DNA of 64,000 nucleotides. Origin: Methanomassiliicoccaceae archaeon UBA404 (lineage in GTDB: Archaea > Thermoplasmatota > Thermoplasmata > Methanomassiliicoccales > Methanomethylophilaceae). Positions within the stretch are counted from its first letter, which is position 1. Each line of letters starts with the position of its first letter. Under the pieces are notes generated by a model. It did not search any database. It was not told the DNA's origin and saw only the letters and a list, made by a program, of their open reading frames with translations. The stretch lies in assembly GCA_002498605.1 (NCBI GenBank), contig DAHY01000009.1, positions 22,971-86,970 on the forward strand, in the 5' to 3' direction. The translations under genes were made by a program, and so were the position numbers. This document shows positions 1-10,563 of the stretch, piece by piece.

Positions 1-1398
1 AGGCGGCCTGGTTTCAGATTCTTCCAAAGCCATGGAACGGACATCCACTTCATCGCCGACTTCCATTCTCGGAACCGTCGATGTTTTGGATTTGAGGTAT
101 TTGCCGTAATACTTTTTCCAACCCTTGAACAGTTGCTTGTATCCTTCGCACTTGAATTCTTCCCCGCCCACGTCGATTATGCATTCCGTGATTTCCGCTT
201 TGGCGGCAGGTGCGACGGTTGCCAGGAATCTTCTCACTATAAGTTCGTAAAGATTCCATTTGTCCCCTTTCATCTTACCCGAAGCCGCGGCCGCGGTTGG
301 ATAGATAGGAGGATGATCCGTGGTACGTCTTTTACCTCTGGAAGGAAGAATCTTTTCCTGTGCAAGGATTTCTTCGGCTTCGGCTTTGAAATCGGATTCT
401 TTGAGTTTCTCAAGAACTGCGCGAAGATTCACGCTTCTGGGATATTCCGTGTTTTCCGTACGCGGGTACGAGATGTATCCGCTGATGTACAGTTCCTCGG
501 CCAATTTCATGGCGGTTGTGGGGGGAATGCCTATTTTGTTGGCTTCCACCTGCATCTGGGTCGTATCGAACGGCGGAGGGCGGTATTCTTCTTTTTCGGA
601 TATTTCGAAAGAAGTCACCTTTCCCGTTTTGACTCCGGATATTTTGGATTCGACGGCTTCCGCTTCTTTCTTTTCCCAGAACGGATTTTTTATGTGATCC
701 CCCTGGAAGGCGAGCAATCCGAATTTTGCGTTAACGTTCCAGAACGGAACCGGCACGAAGTTTTCCACTTCTTCGTTTTTATCCACAAGCAGTTTAAGCG
801 TAGGGCTCTGAACCCTGCCTACGGACAGGAAGTTTTTGCCGACCTGTCCGGATGCGAGGGATATCTGTCTTGTCAAAACCGCTCCCCAGGACAAATCTAT
901 AATCTGTCTTGCTTCCGCGGCATTCGATAAATGTTTGTCGGGAAGTTCCAAATTACTGAAAGCGTTTTCAACCTCAGCCTTTGTAAGTGCACTGAATTTG
1001 GCACGTTTGACCTTTGACATATCGACACCGGCGGCTTCCACGGTTTCAACACCGATAAGCTCTCCTTCCCTGTCGTAGTCTGTTGCGATTATGACTTCTC
1101 CGGCTTCGGCAGCCAGGGATTTAATGTTACTCAATATGGATTTTACTTTTACGGTCTTCACCTGCGGAGCATATACCAGCTCCGTGGGGGAGCCGGCGGA
1201 CCAATCATTGTATTCTTTGGGATAATCCAATTCCAGAATGTGTCCGCGAAGACTGACGACGCTGTATTCATCGCCGTTAGCATCGAATGAGATTACTGAG
1301 GCCCCGCCGATTTTTTTGGTACTGGATTTGCCGTCGGAAAGTATGGTGGATATCCTTCGGGCAGCGTTGGCCTTTTCTGTGATAATCAGTTTCTTCAT
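1..1398 (-). CDS. topA: DNA topoisomerase I (type IA), 3' part runs off the window
   Basis: Absent from the ORF track. Manual translation from ATG at 1398: MKKLIITEKANAARRI...LRGHILELDY...IIATDYDREGELIG (TOPRIM motifs), later SAGRVQSP. Confidence 0.95.
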   Translation of the reverse strand, partial: MKKLIITEKANAARRISTILSDGKSSTKKIGGASVISFDANGDEYSVVSLRGHILELDYPKEYNDWSAGSPTELVYAPQVKTVKVKSILSNIKSLAAEAGEVIIATDYDREGELIGVETVEAAGVDMSKVKRAKFSALTKAEVENAFSNLELPDKHLSNAAEARQIIDLSWGAVLTRQISLASGQVGKNFLSVGRVQSPTLKLLVDKNEEVENFVPVPFWNVNAKFGLLAFQGDHIKNPFWEKKEAEAVESKISGVKTGKVTSFEISEKEEYRPPPFDTTQMQVEANKIGIPPTTAMKLAEELYISGYISYPRTENTEYPRSVNLRAVLEKLKESDFKAEAEEILAQEKILPSRGKRRTTDHPPIYPTAAAASGKMKGDKWNLYELIVRRFLATVAPAAKAEITECIIDVGGEEFKCEGYKQLFKGWKKYYGKYLKSKTSTVPRMEVGDEVDVRSMALEESETRPP

Positions 1399-1473
1399 CG
1401 TGTCACTCACATTCAAGGCATTATTTAATTATTAGCGACATTCACAAAATTGCTTATGGGAATGTAATTAAGC

Positions 1474-2040
1474 ATGAAATGGCACTACATGACCATGAGC
1501 GTAACCCCTGACAAGGTAGCGGAAATTCTAAGAAAACACAGCGGTGTCGTAAGAGTCGAAATTCCGGATCGGAATTTCTTATGTACACTCGAAGAAGACG
1601 ATTTGTGCGTAGACACGTCTTTCGGAATGCCCATCGACAACAAAGCCATGGACGCCTGCCTTGCCTGTGATTTTGTGCTGTGTGTTTTTGCCAACACTTC
1701 CTTCGAACAGCCCAGCGACAAGATTATGATGATGCAGGATTCGTCCGGTCTCGTATTGGGTCATGACGTAGCCCCGTCACAAATGGATGAGTACATGGCC
1801 CGGGAAGATTTAATCTGGCTGTCCGAAGATTTTGTAATATATCCGAGTACCGAAATGGGAGACGATATAATTCTGGTTATGCTGCCTCAAATCTATAACG
1901 GATTTTCCGAAGAAGACGGCGTATCGGAAGCTGTTATCTTCTATCCCGCAACCACAACCGATTCCATAATAAAGGAAAAATACGGCGAGTTCGACGATCC
2001 GCAGATCGCCACATTGTTAATGGGAATCAAATTGAAATAA
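1474..2040 (+). CDS. hypothetical acidic protein
   Basis: 188-aa ORF divergent from topA, fills the gap; no recognised motif; start may be a downstream Met. Confidence 0.7.
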   Translation: MKWHYMTMSVTPDKVAEILRKHSGVVRVEIPDRNFLCTLEEDDLCVDTSFGMPIDNKAMDACLACDFVLCVFANTSFEQPSDKIMMMQDSSGLVLGHDVAPSQMDEYMAREDLIWLSEDFVIYPSTEMGDDIILVMLPQIYNGFSEEDGVSEAVIFYPATTTDSIIKEKYGEFDDPQIATLLMGIKLK

Positions 2041-2041
2041 T

Positions 2042-2482
2042 TCAGTTCCTGGTACCGACATGATGCATGTTGCCCGATTTGGGGGAAACCATGGTAAGTC
2101 TTCCTCTGAGCACGCCCTTTATGGAAGTTATTTCGGAAGCAAAATTCTTCAGAGTTCCCAATTCGCCTTCGACAATGAGAATTTCCATACACCTGTCATG
2201 ATCCAGATGGACATGAATGGTGGTGTTAACGTTGCTTATGTGCTCATGCTGCAGTTCGGTTAATCTTTCGCCGACGCTGGATATACTGTGGTCGTATACC
2301 ATGACAACAACCCCGGTCATGTACTCGTTATCGTTCTTCCAATCGCTTTCGGCAAGGGAATCGCGGACAAGGTCTCTTATGGCCTCTGATCTGCTGACAT
2401 ATCCCTTCTTGGAGATAGAAGCATCAAACTCTTTCAAAAGTTCGGGTTCCAGTGAAACACCTATGCGTGTGACTCCATCCAT
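2042..2482 (-). CDS. nikR: nickel-responsive regulator NikR
   Basis: RHH N-terminus (RIGVSL...SRSEAIRDLVR) and Ni-site motif QH...HVHLDHDRCME. Confidence 0.93.
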   Translation of the reverse strand: MDGVTRIGVSLEPELLKEFDASISKKGYVSRSEAIRDLVRDSLAESDWKNDNEYMTGVVVMVYDHSISSVGERLTELQHEHISNVNTTIHVHLDHDRCMEILIVEGELGTLKNFASEITSIKGVLRGRLTMVSPKSGNMHHVGTRN

Positions 2483-2590
2483 ATATACGCGGAACACTTT
2501 CTGCAGTATTAAACTTGTCGGAGTTCTTGTGTCCTTAGCGCATATTTCATTCTCCTCAAGGATTAAACCATAGGTGTCGATATCCCTGAT

Positions 2591-3376
2591 GTGGCAATGA
2601 ACGCAGACATCATCGGCGGGTTGTTATCTTCGGCGGTCCGCAATGCGGTTTCAGGAAAGGATACGGCAGTGTCTTTTTCCGGAGGGGTAGATTCGGGTCT
2701 CATTGCCGCCATGGCGACGGAATACACGGAAAACGTAAGATTGTACACTGTGGGTACGGAAGGCGCACATGATGTGCTGAAAGCCGAAGAAGCGGCAAAA
2801 TTATTGGATTTGGAACAGGAACATATACTGCTGACCGAAGACAACATAGAAGGATTGCTGAAGGAAATGATTCATATCTCCGGTACCGAAGATCCGTTGA
2901 CTCTTTCTTTTGAAATTCCCACGTTCTGCGTTACGAAGTTTTGTTCCGAACACAGCATCATCGGCGGCATCGGAGCCGACGAACTTTTCGGAGGATATCA
3001 CAGATACATCGGAATGCCGCCTTCGGAATTCAAAGATGCCAGAAACGAAGATCTGAAAAAATTAATGTCGTACGTCATTCCTCACGAGGATAAAGTTGCC
3101 GATTATTTCGGCAAAACAATTCATCGGCCGTTTGTCGACAGGGATCTTGTTGATGCGGTATTGTCTCTTCCCTGCGAAGAAATACTCCCCTCGGACAAAC
3201 GTCCCCGCAAAGCGATCCTGAAAGAAATCGCGGAAAGCATGAATCTGAACCTGTTGGCCGAAACCGAAAAGAAAGCCGCGCAATACGGTTCCGGGGCAAT
3301 GGGGCTGATAAGGAAGTCGGCAAGGAAAGAAAAGCTGACGGTGGGCGAATACGTCAAATCTTTTTCCGACCGTTGA
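2591..3376 (+). CDS. asparagine synthase C-terminal-domain protein (no glutaminase domain)
   Basis: SFSGGVDSG PP-loop, GIGADELFGGY, RPFVD, KKAAQYGSG. Confidence 0.85.
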   Translation: MAMNADIIGGLLSSAVRNAVSGKDTAVSFSGGVDSGLIAAMATEYTENVRLYTVGTEGAHDVLKAEEAAKLLDLEQEHILLTEDNIEGLLKEMIHISGTEDPLTLSFEIPTFCVTKFCSEHSIIGGIGADELFGGYHRYIGMPPSEFKDARNEDLKKLMSYVIPHEDKVADYFGKTIHRPFVDRDLVDAVLSLPCEEILPSDKRPRKAILKEIAESMNLNLLAETEKKAAQYGSGAMGLIRKSARKEKLTVGEYVKSFSDR

Positions 3377-3414
3377 CGGCACCGGTAATATACCCTTTGT
3401 ATTATACGGCGTAC

Positions 3415-4686
3415 GTGAACGATTTGGAAACAAAAGAGGATTTTCTCGATTGGTTATACGGATTGACTTCCCAGGGCATAAAACTGGGTTTGGACAATAT
3501 CACGGAACTCCTCGAAAGAATGGGCAATCCCCATAAATCTTTCAAAAGCGTGCATGTGGGCGGAACCGACGGCAAAGGATCCGTCTGTGCCATGGTTTCT
3601 TCGGTGCTGAGGGAAAGCGGAATCAGTACGGGATTGTTCGTTTCCCCGCATATAACGGAATTCAACGAACGGATATCCGTTGACGGAATACAGATTACCG
3701 ATGACGAACTTGCCGAGATGGCGGCCCTTGTCGTTTCGCACGTCCGGGAGATGTCGGACAACGGGAAATACTGCACATTCTTCGAAGTCACCACCGCAAT
3801 AGCTTTTCTTTATTTCAAGAAAAAAGGGGTTGAATACGCCGTTGTCGAAGTCGGAATGGGAGGCAGAGCGGATTCCACCAATGTTCTGATTCCCGAAGTA
3901 TGCGTAATAGGAAACGTAAGTTTGGAACACACCGCATTTCTGGGAAACACCCTGGAAAAGATAGCTTTTGAAAAAGCCGGCATCATAAAACCCGGAGTGC
4001 CCTGCGTGACGATGAACGGCGATGAAGCATTTGCGGTAATCAGAAAAACCGCCGAAGAAAGAAAGTCGCCTCTGATACGCGTGAACAAAGCGGATATAAA
4101 CATTATGAGTCTGGATGAAAAAGGTACTTTTTTTCAATATAAGGGGGAAGACTATCACGTATCCGTTCCCGGAAGATATCAGGCCAAAAATGCATCTTTG
4201 GCCATCGAAGCCGTGTCGATGTTAAGCATATACGGACAAAAATGCAGATGCAACATCCGCAAAGGACTGGAAAAGGTATTTTGGCCCTGCAGACTCCAAA
4301 GAATACCCGGCACGCCGTTTATAATGGACGTAACCCACACCGTGGAAGGATCCGCGCAGATAATATCGGACATCCGGGAAATATACGGCAGTGTGAACGT
4401 TGTGTTCGGAGTCCTCAAAGATAAAAACATAAGGGGCATAGCAGAGAACATTTCCAAAATAGCAAACCGTATAATAGTAACCCGGCCGGAAACCGAAAGA
4501 GCTTCCCCGTCCGAAGAAACAGCCAGGATTTTTTCGGAATTCTTTGAAGACATCATTGTAACCGATAACGTTGAAGAAGCCATGAACAAATCATCGGAAA
4601 TTTTCGGCGATGGATTGATATTGGTTACGGGGTCTTTCTATACAACCGGGGAGGCGATGAAATGGATAAAAAAGACATATCTCTGA
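3415..4686 (+). CDS. folC: folylpolyglutamate/dihydrofolate synthase
   Basis: HVGGTDGKGS, SPH..FNERI, EVGMGGRADSTN, EKAGIIK, VTGSFY; start uncertain. Confidence 0.92.
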   Translation: MNDLETKEDFLDWLYGLTSQGIKLGLDNITELLERMGNPHKSFKSVHVGGTDGKGSVCAMVSSVLRESGISTGLFVSPHITEFNERISVDGIQITDDELAEMAALVVSHVREMSDNGKYCTFFEVTTAIAFLYFKKKGVEYAVVEVGMGGRADSTNVLIPEVCVIGNVSLEHTAFLGNTLEKIAFEKAGIIKPGVPCVTMNGDEAFAVIRKTAEERKSPLIRVNKADINIMSLDEKGTFFQYKGEDYHVSVPGRYQAKNASLAIEAVSMLSIYGQKCRCNIRKGLEKVFWPCRLQRIPGTPFIMDVTHTVEGSAQIISDIREIYGSVNVVFGVLKDKNIRGIAENISKIANRIIVTRPETERASPSEETARIFSEFFEDIIVTDNVEEAMNKSSEIFGDGLILVTGSFYTTGEAMKWIKKTYL

Positions 4687-5324
4687 TTCTTGACAGATTA
4701 TCCGAAAAATACGGAGGCGATGCGGCGTATCCCGGAAGATCTTCGGAGGGACTGAGTCCCGAATGGCCTTTCGATCCGTTTCACGTATTGATATCCACGA
4801 TACTGTCGCAGAGAACCAAAGACGACAATACCCGAAAAGCCTCCGACAGGCTGTTTTCCGTTTACGGCACAATGGAAGAGATAGCCTCCGCCGAAACCGA
4901 AAAAGTAGCCGAACTTATCCGCCCCGCGGGATTTCCGAATCAGAAAGCCGGTGCGATAATCGAAACCTGCAAAATTCTTTTGAGGGATTACGGCGGCAAA
5001 GTTCCCACACAGACCGAAGAACTTCTCAAACTTCCGATGGTCGGAAGAAAGACCGCGGCATGTGTGAGAGCTTACGCAATGAGCATTCCCTCGGTCTGTG
5101 TGGACACCCACGTTCACAGAATCACCAACCTTATGGGTTTGGTTGATACCGACACTCCGGAAAAAACCGAAGAAGAGCTTATGAGAATCACTCCGAAAAA
5201 AAGATGGATGGATATAAACCGTTATTTCGTAAGGCACGGCCAGGTAATTTGCAGACCCAACCGTCCGAACTGCGGAGAATGCATCGTTGCCGACATGTGC
5301 GATTCCCGAAAGGATGACGCATGA
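4662..5324 (+). CDS. nth: endonuclease III
   Basis: ILSQRT, LPMVGRKTA HhH, VDTHVHRI, C-x6-C-x2-C-x5-C Fe-S motif. Confidence 0.93.
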   Translation: MDKKDISLILDRLSEKYGGDAAYPGRSSEGLSPEWPFDPFHVLISTILSQRTKDDNTRKASDRLFSVYGTMEEIASAETEKVAELIRPAGFPNQKAGAIIETCKILLRDYGGKVPTQTEELLKLPMVGRKTAACVRAYAMSIPSVCVDTHVHRITNLMGLVDTDTPEKTEEELMRITPKKRWMDINRYFVRHGQVICRPNRPNCGECIVADMCDSRKDDA

Positions 5325-5354
5325 TTTTTAATGATTAATCCATATACGGCGGTT

Positions 5355-5732
5355 GTGCACGAAGTTTCTGTAATATCGGGCATCGTCAATGCCGTTCTCG
5401 AAGAACTTGAAAAATACGATGTTATCAAAGTTTCTGCCGTTGATATTTTAATCGGCGACATGACAATGTTGGGAGACGAACAACTTACGTTTGCTTACGA
5501 GGTGGTAACAAGGGATACTTTGCTTGAAGGATCCAAGCTCAACATTGAGCACGAATCGATAAGGGTTACCTGCGATGCCTGCAAATACGACGGACCCGTG
5601 AAGTTATTGGAATCCGGAGATTACACATCTCACAAAATTCCCGTGATGTCCTGTCCCGAATGCGGAGGACACATCGAAGTCGTGGCCGGACAGTCCTGCT
5701 GCGTCACATCCGTGGATATAGAGGAGGCATGA
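5355..5732 (+). CDS. hypA: hydrogenase maturation nickel chaperone HypA
   Basis: GTG start giving MHEVS; two CxxC motifs. Confidence 0.92.
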   Translation: MHEVSVISGIVNAVLEELEKYDVIKVSAVDILIGDMTMLGDEQLTFAYEVVTRDTLLEGSKLNIEHESIRVTCDACKYDGPVKLLESGDYTSHKIPVMSCPECGGHIEVVAGQSCCVTSVDIEEA

Positions 5733-5735
5733 TTC

Positions 5736-6815
5736 ATGTACAAATACAGAGACGAAGCAACCGCCAAGAGAATACTCAAAGGAATCAAAGACCGCGGCGT
5801 CGAGTGTAACCTGATGCACATATGCGGAACTCATCAGGACACCATCGTGCGTTTCGGACTCGAGGAAATGCTGGCCGATGCGGGCATTAAGATTCATCAG
5901 GGGCCCGGATGCCCTGTTTGTGTGACGACCGCCAAAGAAATATCGGAAATCATAACCCTTGCCAAAGGAGGCGTTACCGTAACGGCTTTCGGAGACATGA
6001 TGAGGGTTCCGACGCCGATGGGTTCTTTGTTTGACGCAAAAACCGACGGAGCCGACGTCCGTATTGTGTATTCCATAGAAGACGCTGTTACAATGTCCCG
6101 AGATTTGGATAACGATGTGGTGTTTGTCGGAGTGGGTTTTGAAACCACCGCGCCCTCCACCTGTGTTCCGTTGAACAGAGACGATGTACCGGAAAACTTT
6201 TCGGTTTACAGCTGTCACAGAATTTGCCCGCCGATAATACAGGCATTGTTGGATATGGGAGAAAACAAGATTGACGGTTTCATAATGCCGGGACACGTAG
6301 CCGTGATAACCGGAACCGAGATTTTCAAGCCTTTTGCAGAGAAATACCACCTTCCTCAGGTTGTGGCAGGTTTCGAACCGCTGGATGTGCTGATGTCCTG
6401 CTATATGCTCGCCAAACAGATATCCGAGGGAAGAGCCGAGGTGGAAAACGAATATACCCGTCTTGTCAGGGACAAGGGAAACCTGAAAGCCCTGGAACTT
6501 ATGGACAGAACCTTCGAACCCATAGATTATGCCTGGAGAGGATTCCCGGTCATCGAAAAGAGCAGACTGGCGTTTAAACCGGAATATGCCGAGCACGATG
6601 CAACCAAAGTTCACGAAGATCTTATTGCATCCGCCCCCGAGGTCGAAGAAGAAGCCAGGGGTTGCAGATGCGGCGAAGTGCTCAGGGGACTGATCAAGTC
6701 CCACGAATGTCCGATGTTCGGTAAACCCTGCAAACCCAGTTCTCCTTCGGGACCATGTATGGTTTCTGCCGAAGGCAGTTGCAATATAGCTTACAGATAC
6801 TCGGATAAGAGGTGA
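5736..6815 (+). CDS. hypD: hydrogenase maturation protein HypD
   Basis: CGTH, GPGCPVC, GFETT, PGHV, GPCMVSAEGSC. Confidence 0.97.
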   Translation: MYKYRDEATAKRILKGIKDRGVECNLMHICGTHQDTIVRFGLEEMLADAGIKIHQGPGCPVCVTTAKEISEIITLAKGGVTVTAFGDMMRVPTPMGSLFDAKTDGADVRIVYSIEDAVTMSRDLDNDVVFVGVGFETTAPSTCVPLNRDDVPENFSVYSCHRICPPIIQALLDMGENKIDGFIMPGHVAVITGTEIFKPFAEKYHLPQVVAGFEPLDVLMSCYMLAKQISEGRAEVENEYTRLVRDKGNLKALELMDRTFEPIDYAWRGFPVIEKSRLAFKPEYAEHDATKVHEDLIASAPEVEEEARGCRCGEVLRGLIKSHECPMFGKPCKPSSPSGPCMVSAEGSCNIAYRYSDKR

Positions 6816-7409
6816 ATGGAAGTGGAACAAGCAAAACCAAAAATCGTACCTATTGCCGCCCCCCGTACCGGTAAAAAGAACATACTGATTGTAACAAACG
6901 ATTCTGAAGTGACCATTTCAAACAAATTGGAAGCGGCCGGCGATCTTTTCGGCGGCAGAGTCACCGAAATACGCGAGTTCGTAAAAAGTCTTGAAGAGGA
7001 ATTCGGCGAAGAAGGAAGCAATACCATGAACATATCTTTCGGGCTGATAACCACGTTCTTCGGATTCGTACCCAGCAATTATTCGATATACAGATACAAG
7101 TATGCCATGAGCAACAAAGAAGAGTATCTGCTTACCCAGAAGGAAAGAGACTATGCCGGCAGACTGGAATACGTTTCAAGAGGATTTGACAAAGTCATAA
7201 TCTGTGTTCCCAAAGAGATGTTCAGAATCCTGGTTGACAACGATGCTCTTCATAACGGTAAAATCATTGCCGTTACTTCGAAAGACTTCAAAGGACTCTG
7301 CGAAGAAAGAGAATGGATATACCTTGAAAGGAAAGGTGCCAGACTGGGAAAAAAGAACGCAGAGAAAGTAAGGAATTATCTGAGAGAACTCAACGCCGGT
7401 ACTTCCTGA
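6816..7409 (+). CDS. hypothetical protein (weak resemblance to YaaA/DUF6884-type proteins)
   Basis: 197-aa ORF abutting the hypD stop; the family resemblance is tentative. Confidence 0.65.
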   Translation: MEVEQAKPKIVPIAAPRTGKKNILIVTNDSEVTISNKLEAAGDLFGGRVTEIREFVKSLEEEFGEEGSNTMNISFGLITTFFGFVPSNYSIYRYKYAMSNKEEYLLTQKERDYAGRLEYVSRGFDKVIICVPKEMFRILVDNDALHNGKIIAVTSKDFKGLCEEREWIYLERKGARLGKKNAEKVRNYLRELNAGTS

Positions 7410-8064
7410 TTCTTTCTCTTACGGTATCGTCCGCGCGTCGGGATTCACATACCTTGCGCACGGTCATATTCTGAATTTCGGGATTCAGTTTTCCCGAAAT
7501 AAGAATATTTTCCGTTTTATCGGGAAACAGTATGTAACAGTATGAAAGAGTCCAGGCGGACCCCATTTTGTAATAGTATCCGTCATGATGAACAGAAACC
7601 AATCTGTTCAGCACCCTGTCGATGTTTTTTCCGTCAATGAATTTGAAAAGAAGCATTACCGCAGCCATGCGCATTTTGAACTCTTCGCCGGAAGAAAAGA
7701 ACTCATCGCAAAGAGTCCACAGTTCTTCGTCATAGTCCGGGTTATGCTTCCAATCATTGCATAACAAATCGCATACCGCCCAATTTTTCACACAGGGGGC
7801 AAACCTGCGGGTAAGAGCAATCCGTTCTTCGAAAACCATATCCGCGTTTGCAATGACAAGCGCCTTCAGCAGATATTCTTCGTGATATTCCGAATCGGTT
7901 TCAAGAAAACTCCGCCATTCGCGGTTCATTATTTCAGAAGCTATTTTTCTGAGAACCGGCATTCTGACGCCCAGTATATTATCGGTGTCCGGCAGCAGTT
8001 TTCGGTTAAATTCGGCGTATTTTCGGTCGACGTTTTCAAACAATGCATCAATCACGTCACTCAA
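7390..8064 (-). CDS. DNA alkylation repair protein (AlkD-like)
   Basis: LGVRMPVLRKIA, NWAVCD, YYYKMGSAW. Confidence 0.85.
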   Translation of the reverse strand: MSDVIDALFENVDRKYAEFNRKLLPDTDNILGVRMPVLRKIASEIMNREWRSFLETDSEYHEEYLLKALVIANADMVFEERIALTRRFAPCVKNWAVCDLLCNDWKHNPDYDEELWTLCDEFFSSGEEFKMRMAAVMLLFKFIDGKNIDRVLNRLVSVHHDGYYYKMGSAWTLSYCYILFPDKTENILISGKLNPEIQNMTVRKVCESRRADDTVRERIRKYRR

Positions 8065-8536
8065 AAAATTCAGCCTCTAAATCGAGCAATCTCTTTTTCA
8101 AGGCACTTCCGCCGCCGTAAGATCCTATGCCTCCCGCGGAGGGCACGACTCTGTGGCAGGGCACGATAATCGGAATCGGATTTTTACCGCAGGCGGTACC
8201 CACGGCTCTTGACGAATTGGGATTTCCGATTCTTTCGGCCAATTCTCCGTAGGTTACCGTTTCTCCGAAAGGGATTTTGGAAATTTCCGACCATACCGAA
8301 TGTTGGAAATCGGTCCCGTCACAGGAAAGGGGAAGATCAAAACATCTTCTTCTGCCGATGAAATAGTCTCTCAACTGAGACATTGCCTCGCATATGACAT
8401 CTGTCTCCCGATCTTCGGCGACAGGCAAATTGCAAGTTGGAAGGTACAATCCGCAGATGTTTCCTTCACCGTCCTCACTTATGCTTATCTTGCCGATAAG
8501 GGTCACATAAGTGTACGTATACTTGTCCCGTGTCAT
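8057..8536 (-). CDS. ogt: methylated-DNA-protein-cysteine methyltransferase
   Basis: GTDFQ..VW, RAVGTACGKNP, PCHRV active site. Confidence 0.95.
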   Translation of the reverse strand: MTRDKYTYTYVTLIGKISISEDGEGNICGLYLPTCNLPVAEDRETDVICEAMSQLRDYFIGRRRCFDLPLSCDGTDFQHSVWSEISKIPFGETVTYGELAERIGNPNSSRAVGTACGKNPIPIIVPCHRVVPSAGGIGSYGGGSALKKRLLDLEAEFFE

Positions 8537-8583
8537 TTTACTCTTCCTGAACGTTTATCTTTTATCTAATGTATATCTGTTTT

Positions 8584-9504
8584 GTGATTATTTGCGCCAG
8601 CAGACGAACCGACATACCTGCTTTTCACTCGGAATGGATGATGAACAGACTCAAAGCAGGGTACGTTCTCGTAAGAAATCCTGTGGTTGAAAACGTTGTT
8701 TTCCGGATAGATCTGAACCCCAAAAGCGTTGATTGCATCTATTTCATGTCGAAAGACCCCCGGCCGATGATACGGCACATCGATGAAATCACGGAAATGG
8801 GTCACAACGTATTGTTTCAGGTAACCGTGAATCCCTACGGCAGGGATTTGGAACCCGGAGTACCCGATGTGGCGCTTGTTGCCGACGGATTCAAAGAACT
8901 TTCAAAAAAAATCGGAAAGGAGAGAATACTGTGGAGATACGACCCGGTATTGTTTGATAAAAGATACGGGAGAAAATATCACGAAAGGAAGTTTGGGTTG
9001 CTGTGCGAGGAATTATCGGAATACACAAACAGGTGCATATTCGGTTTCCTTGACGTTTACGATAAATTCGACAAATCAACGGCTTCCGAAAGACTTTACG
9101 ATTCTTCCGATTCCGACAGAAACTGGTTTATGGGTATGGCGGGGGAAACGGCAAGGGAACACGGAATGAGTCTCAGCTGGTGCTGTTCCCCTCAACCTGT
9201 GAACGAATACGGAATAGACAACAGAGGCTGCATAGACAGAGAGACAATGCTTTCGCTGGGTATACCTTTTGAAGATGTTCCCGGGAACACGCGGAAAGGG
9301 TGCAGATGCGTCAGGAACATAGACATAGGGGCGTATGACAGCTGTCTGCATAACTGTGCTTATTGTTACGCAAACAGCGTCTCGCCTCAGGGACGTTCTT
9401 CAAAGATTTACGATTCAGCTTCCGATATGCTTTACGGATCGTTGAAAAATACCGATACGGTGAGGGAGCTCACCGAACGGCGTTTACGGATTACCGATTT
9501 CTGA
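8584..9504 (+). CDS. DUF1848 family protein
   Basis: ASRRTDIPAF, WRYDP, DIGAYDSCLHNCAYCYA. Confidence 0.88.
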   Translation: MIICASRRTDIPAFHSEWMMNRLKAGYVLVRNPVVENVVFRIDLNPKSVDCIYFMSKDPRPMIRHIDEITEMGHNVLFQVTVNPYGRDLEPGVPDVALVADGFKELSKKIGKERILWRYDPVLFDKRYGRKYHERKFGLLCEELSEYTNRCIFGFLDVYDKFDKSTASERLYDSSDSDRNWFMGMAGETAREHGMSLSWCCSPQPVNEYGIDNRGCIDRETMLSLGIPFEDVPGNTRKGCRCVRNIDIGAYDSCLHNCAYCYANSVSPQGRSSKIYDSASDMLYGSLKNTDTVRELTERRLRITDF

Positions 9505-10467
9505 AGCCCGGTCCAAGCCCGTTTCTTTTTTCATCCTGTTCTTGGAGAACAATACCGAATCCATGAACACGACCCATATGATTTCAACAACGATGGATGT
9601 GGCTATCGCAACCATGGCATAAGGTGCCAGATGAGGTATTGTGGCAAGACACAACGCTATGGCGATACCCTTGTTGCGGTAAGATACCATAAGAACATCC
9701 GTAACTCTCTGGCTCCATCCGATACCCATTTTCTTTTCCGTTAATTCCACACCGGTTCCCACAAAGAAAGTTCTGATTGCGGAAATAATGACAAACAGAA
9801 GAAGGGGAGCCAATTCCGAAGGGAACTTGGTGGAGCTGACAGAAAGTATGACAAGGAAAGATATGAACAGATTCATCATTATTCCCATGGCATCTCTGCT
9901 GATTTTCACTTTCGTGAGTAATCTGGATAATATCAGCGGCACTCCGATTATTTCTATGACGGTTATGACAACATTGGTCATATCAACGGTTTTGCCCAAT
10001 GTTGCATAGATTATGAAAGGAATCCATAAAAGAGCGAATAAGTAAGTGAGAATCGTGCCTCTGCCAGCGTGTTCCATATCCCCTCTGAGTGTGTAGGAAA
10101 GAGGAACAACGGATGCGGCAAAAGGCGCGGCGGCAATGAACACGAGGCCCATGGAATAGTTTTCCCATCCGGGGTGACCTTTCATTAACATGTATCCGAT
10201 AAGAGGAACCAGAGAGGCAACCACAAGTCCCAGCAATACAGCTCTGGTCACAGATCGGCTGTACTTTATGGGATTCAGATTCTTATAAGGTATGCGGGAC
10301 AACGAAATTGTCATCATTATGGCAAGAACCAGCACTGTGATGTTGGCTCGTATGTCGGCGGTAAGAATATGGTCGGGAAATGTGCCTGAAATGTTTATGA
10401 TCAACGATATAATTAAGCCGATGGACAGCATTATCGCACTGCTGGCCAAAATTTTTTTGATTCGCAT
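9484..10467 (-). CDS. bile acid:sodium symporter (BASS)-like membrane transporter
   Basis: ~10 hydrophobic segments; AAAPFAAS and SYRNKGIA motifs resemble BASS/Acr3. Confidence 0.65.
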   Translation of the reverse strand: MRIKKILASSAIMLSIGLIISLIINISGTFPDHILTADIRANITVLVLAIMMTISLSRIPYKNLNPIKYSRSVTRAVLLGLVVASLVPLIGYMLMKGHPGWENYSMGLVFIAAAPFAASVVPLSYTLRGDMEHAGRGTILTYLFALLWIPFIIYATLGKTVDMTNVVITVIEIIGVPLILSRLLTKVKISRDAMGIMMNLFISFLVILSVSSTKFPSELAPLLLFVIISAIRTFFVGTGVELTEKKMGIGWSQRVTDVLMVSYRNKGIAIALCLATIPHLAPYAMVAIATSIVVEIIWVVFMDSVLFSKNRMKKETGLDRASEIGNP

Positions 10468-10563
10468 AAGAATCTGCAGAGCTTATTATGTTTTAACTGT
10501 TATGTTATGTATGCGACAAAACCTGGCAAAACATTATTTAATCGGTAACAATCCCATAAACAG

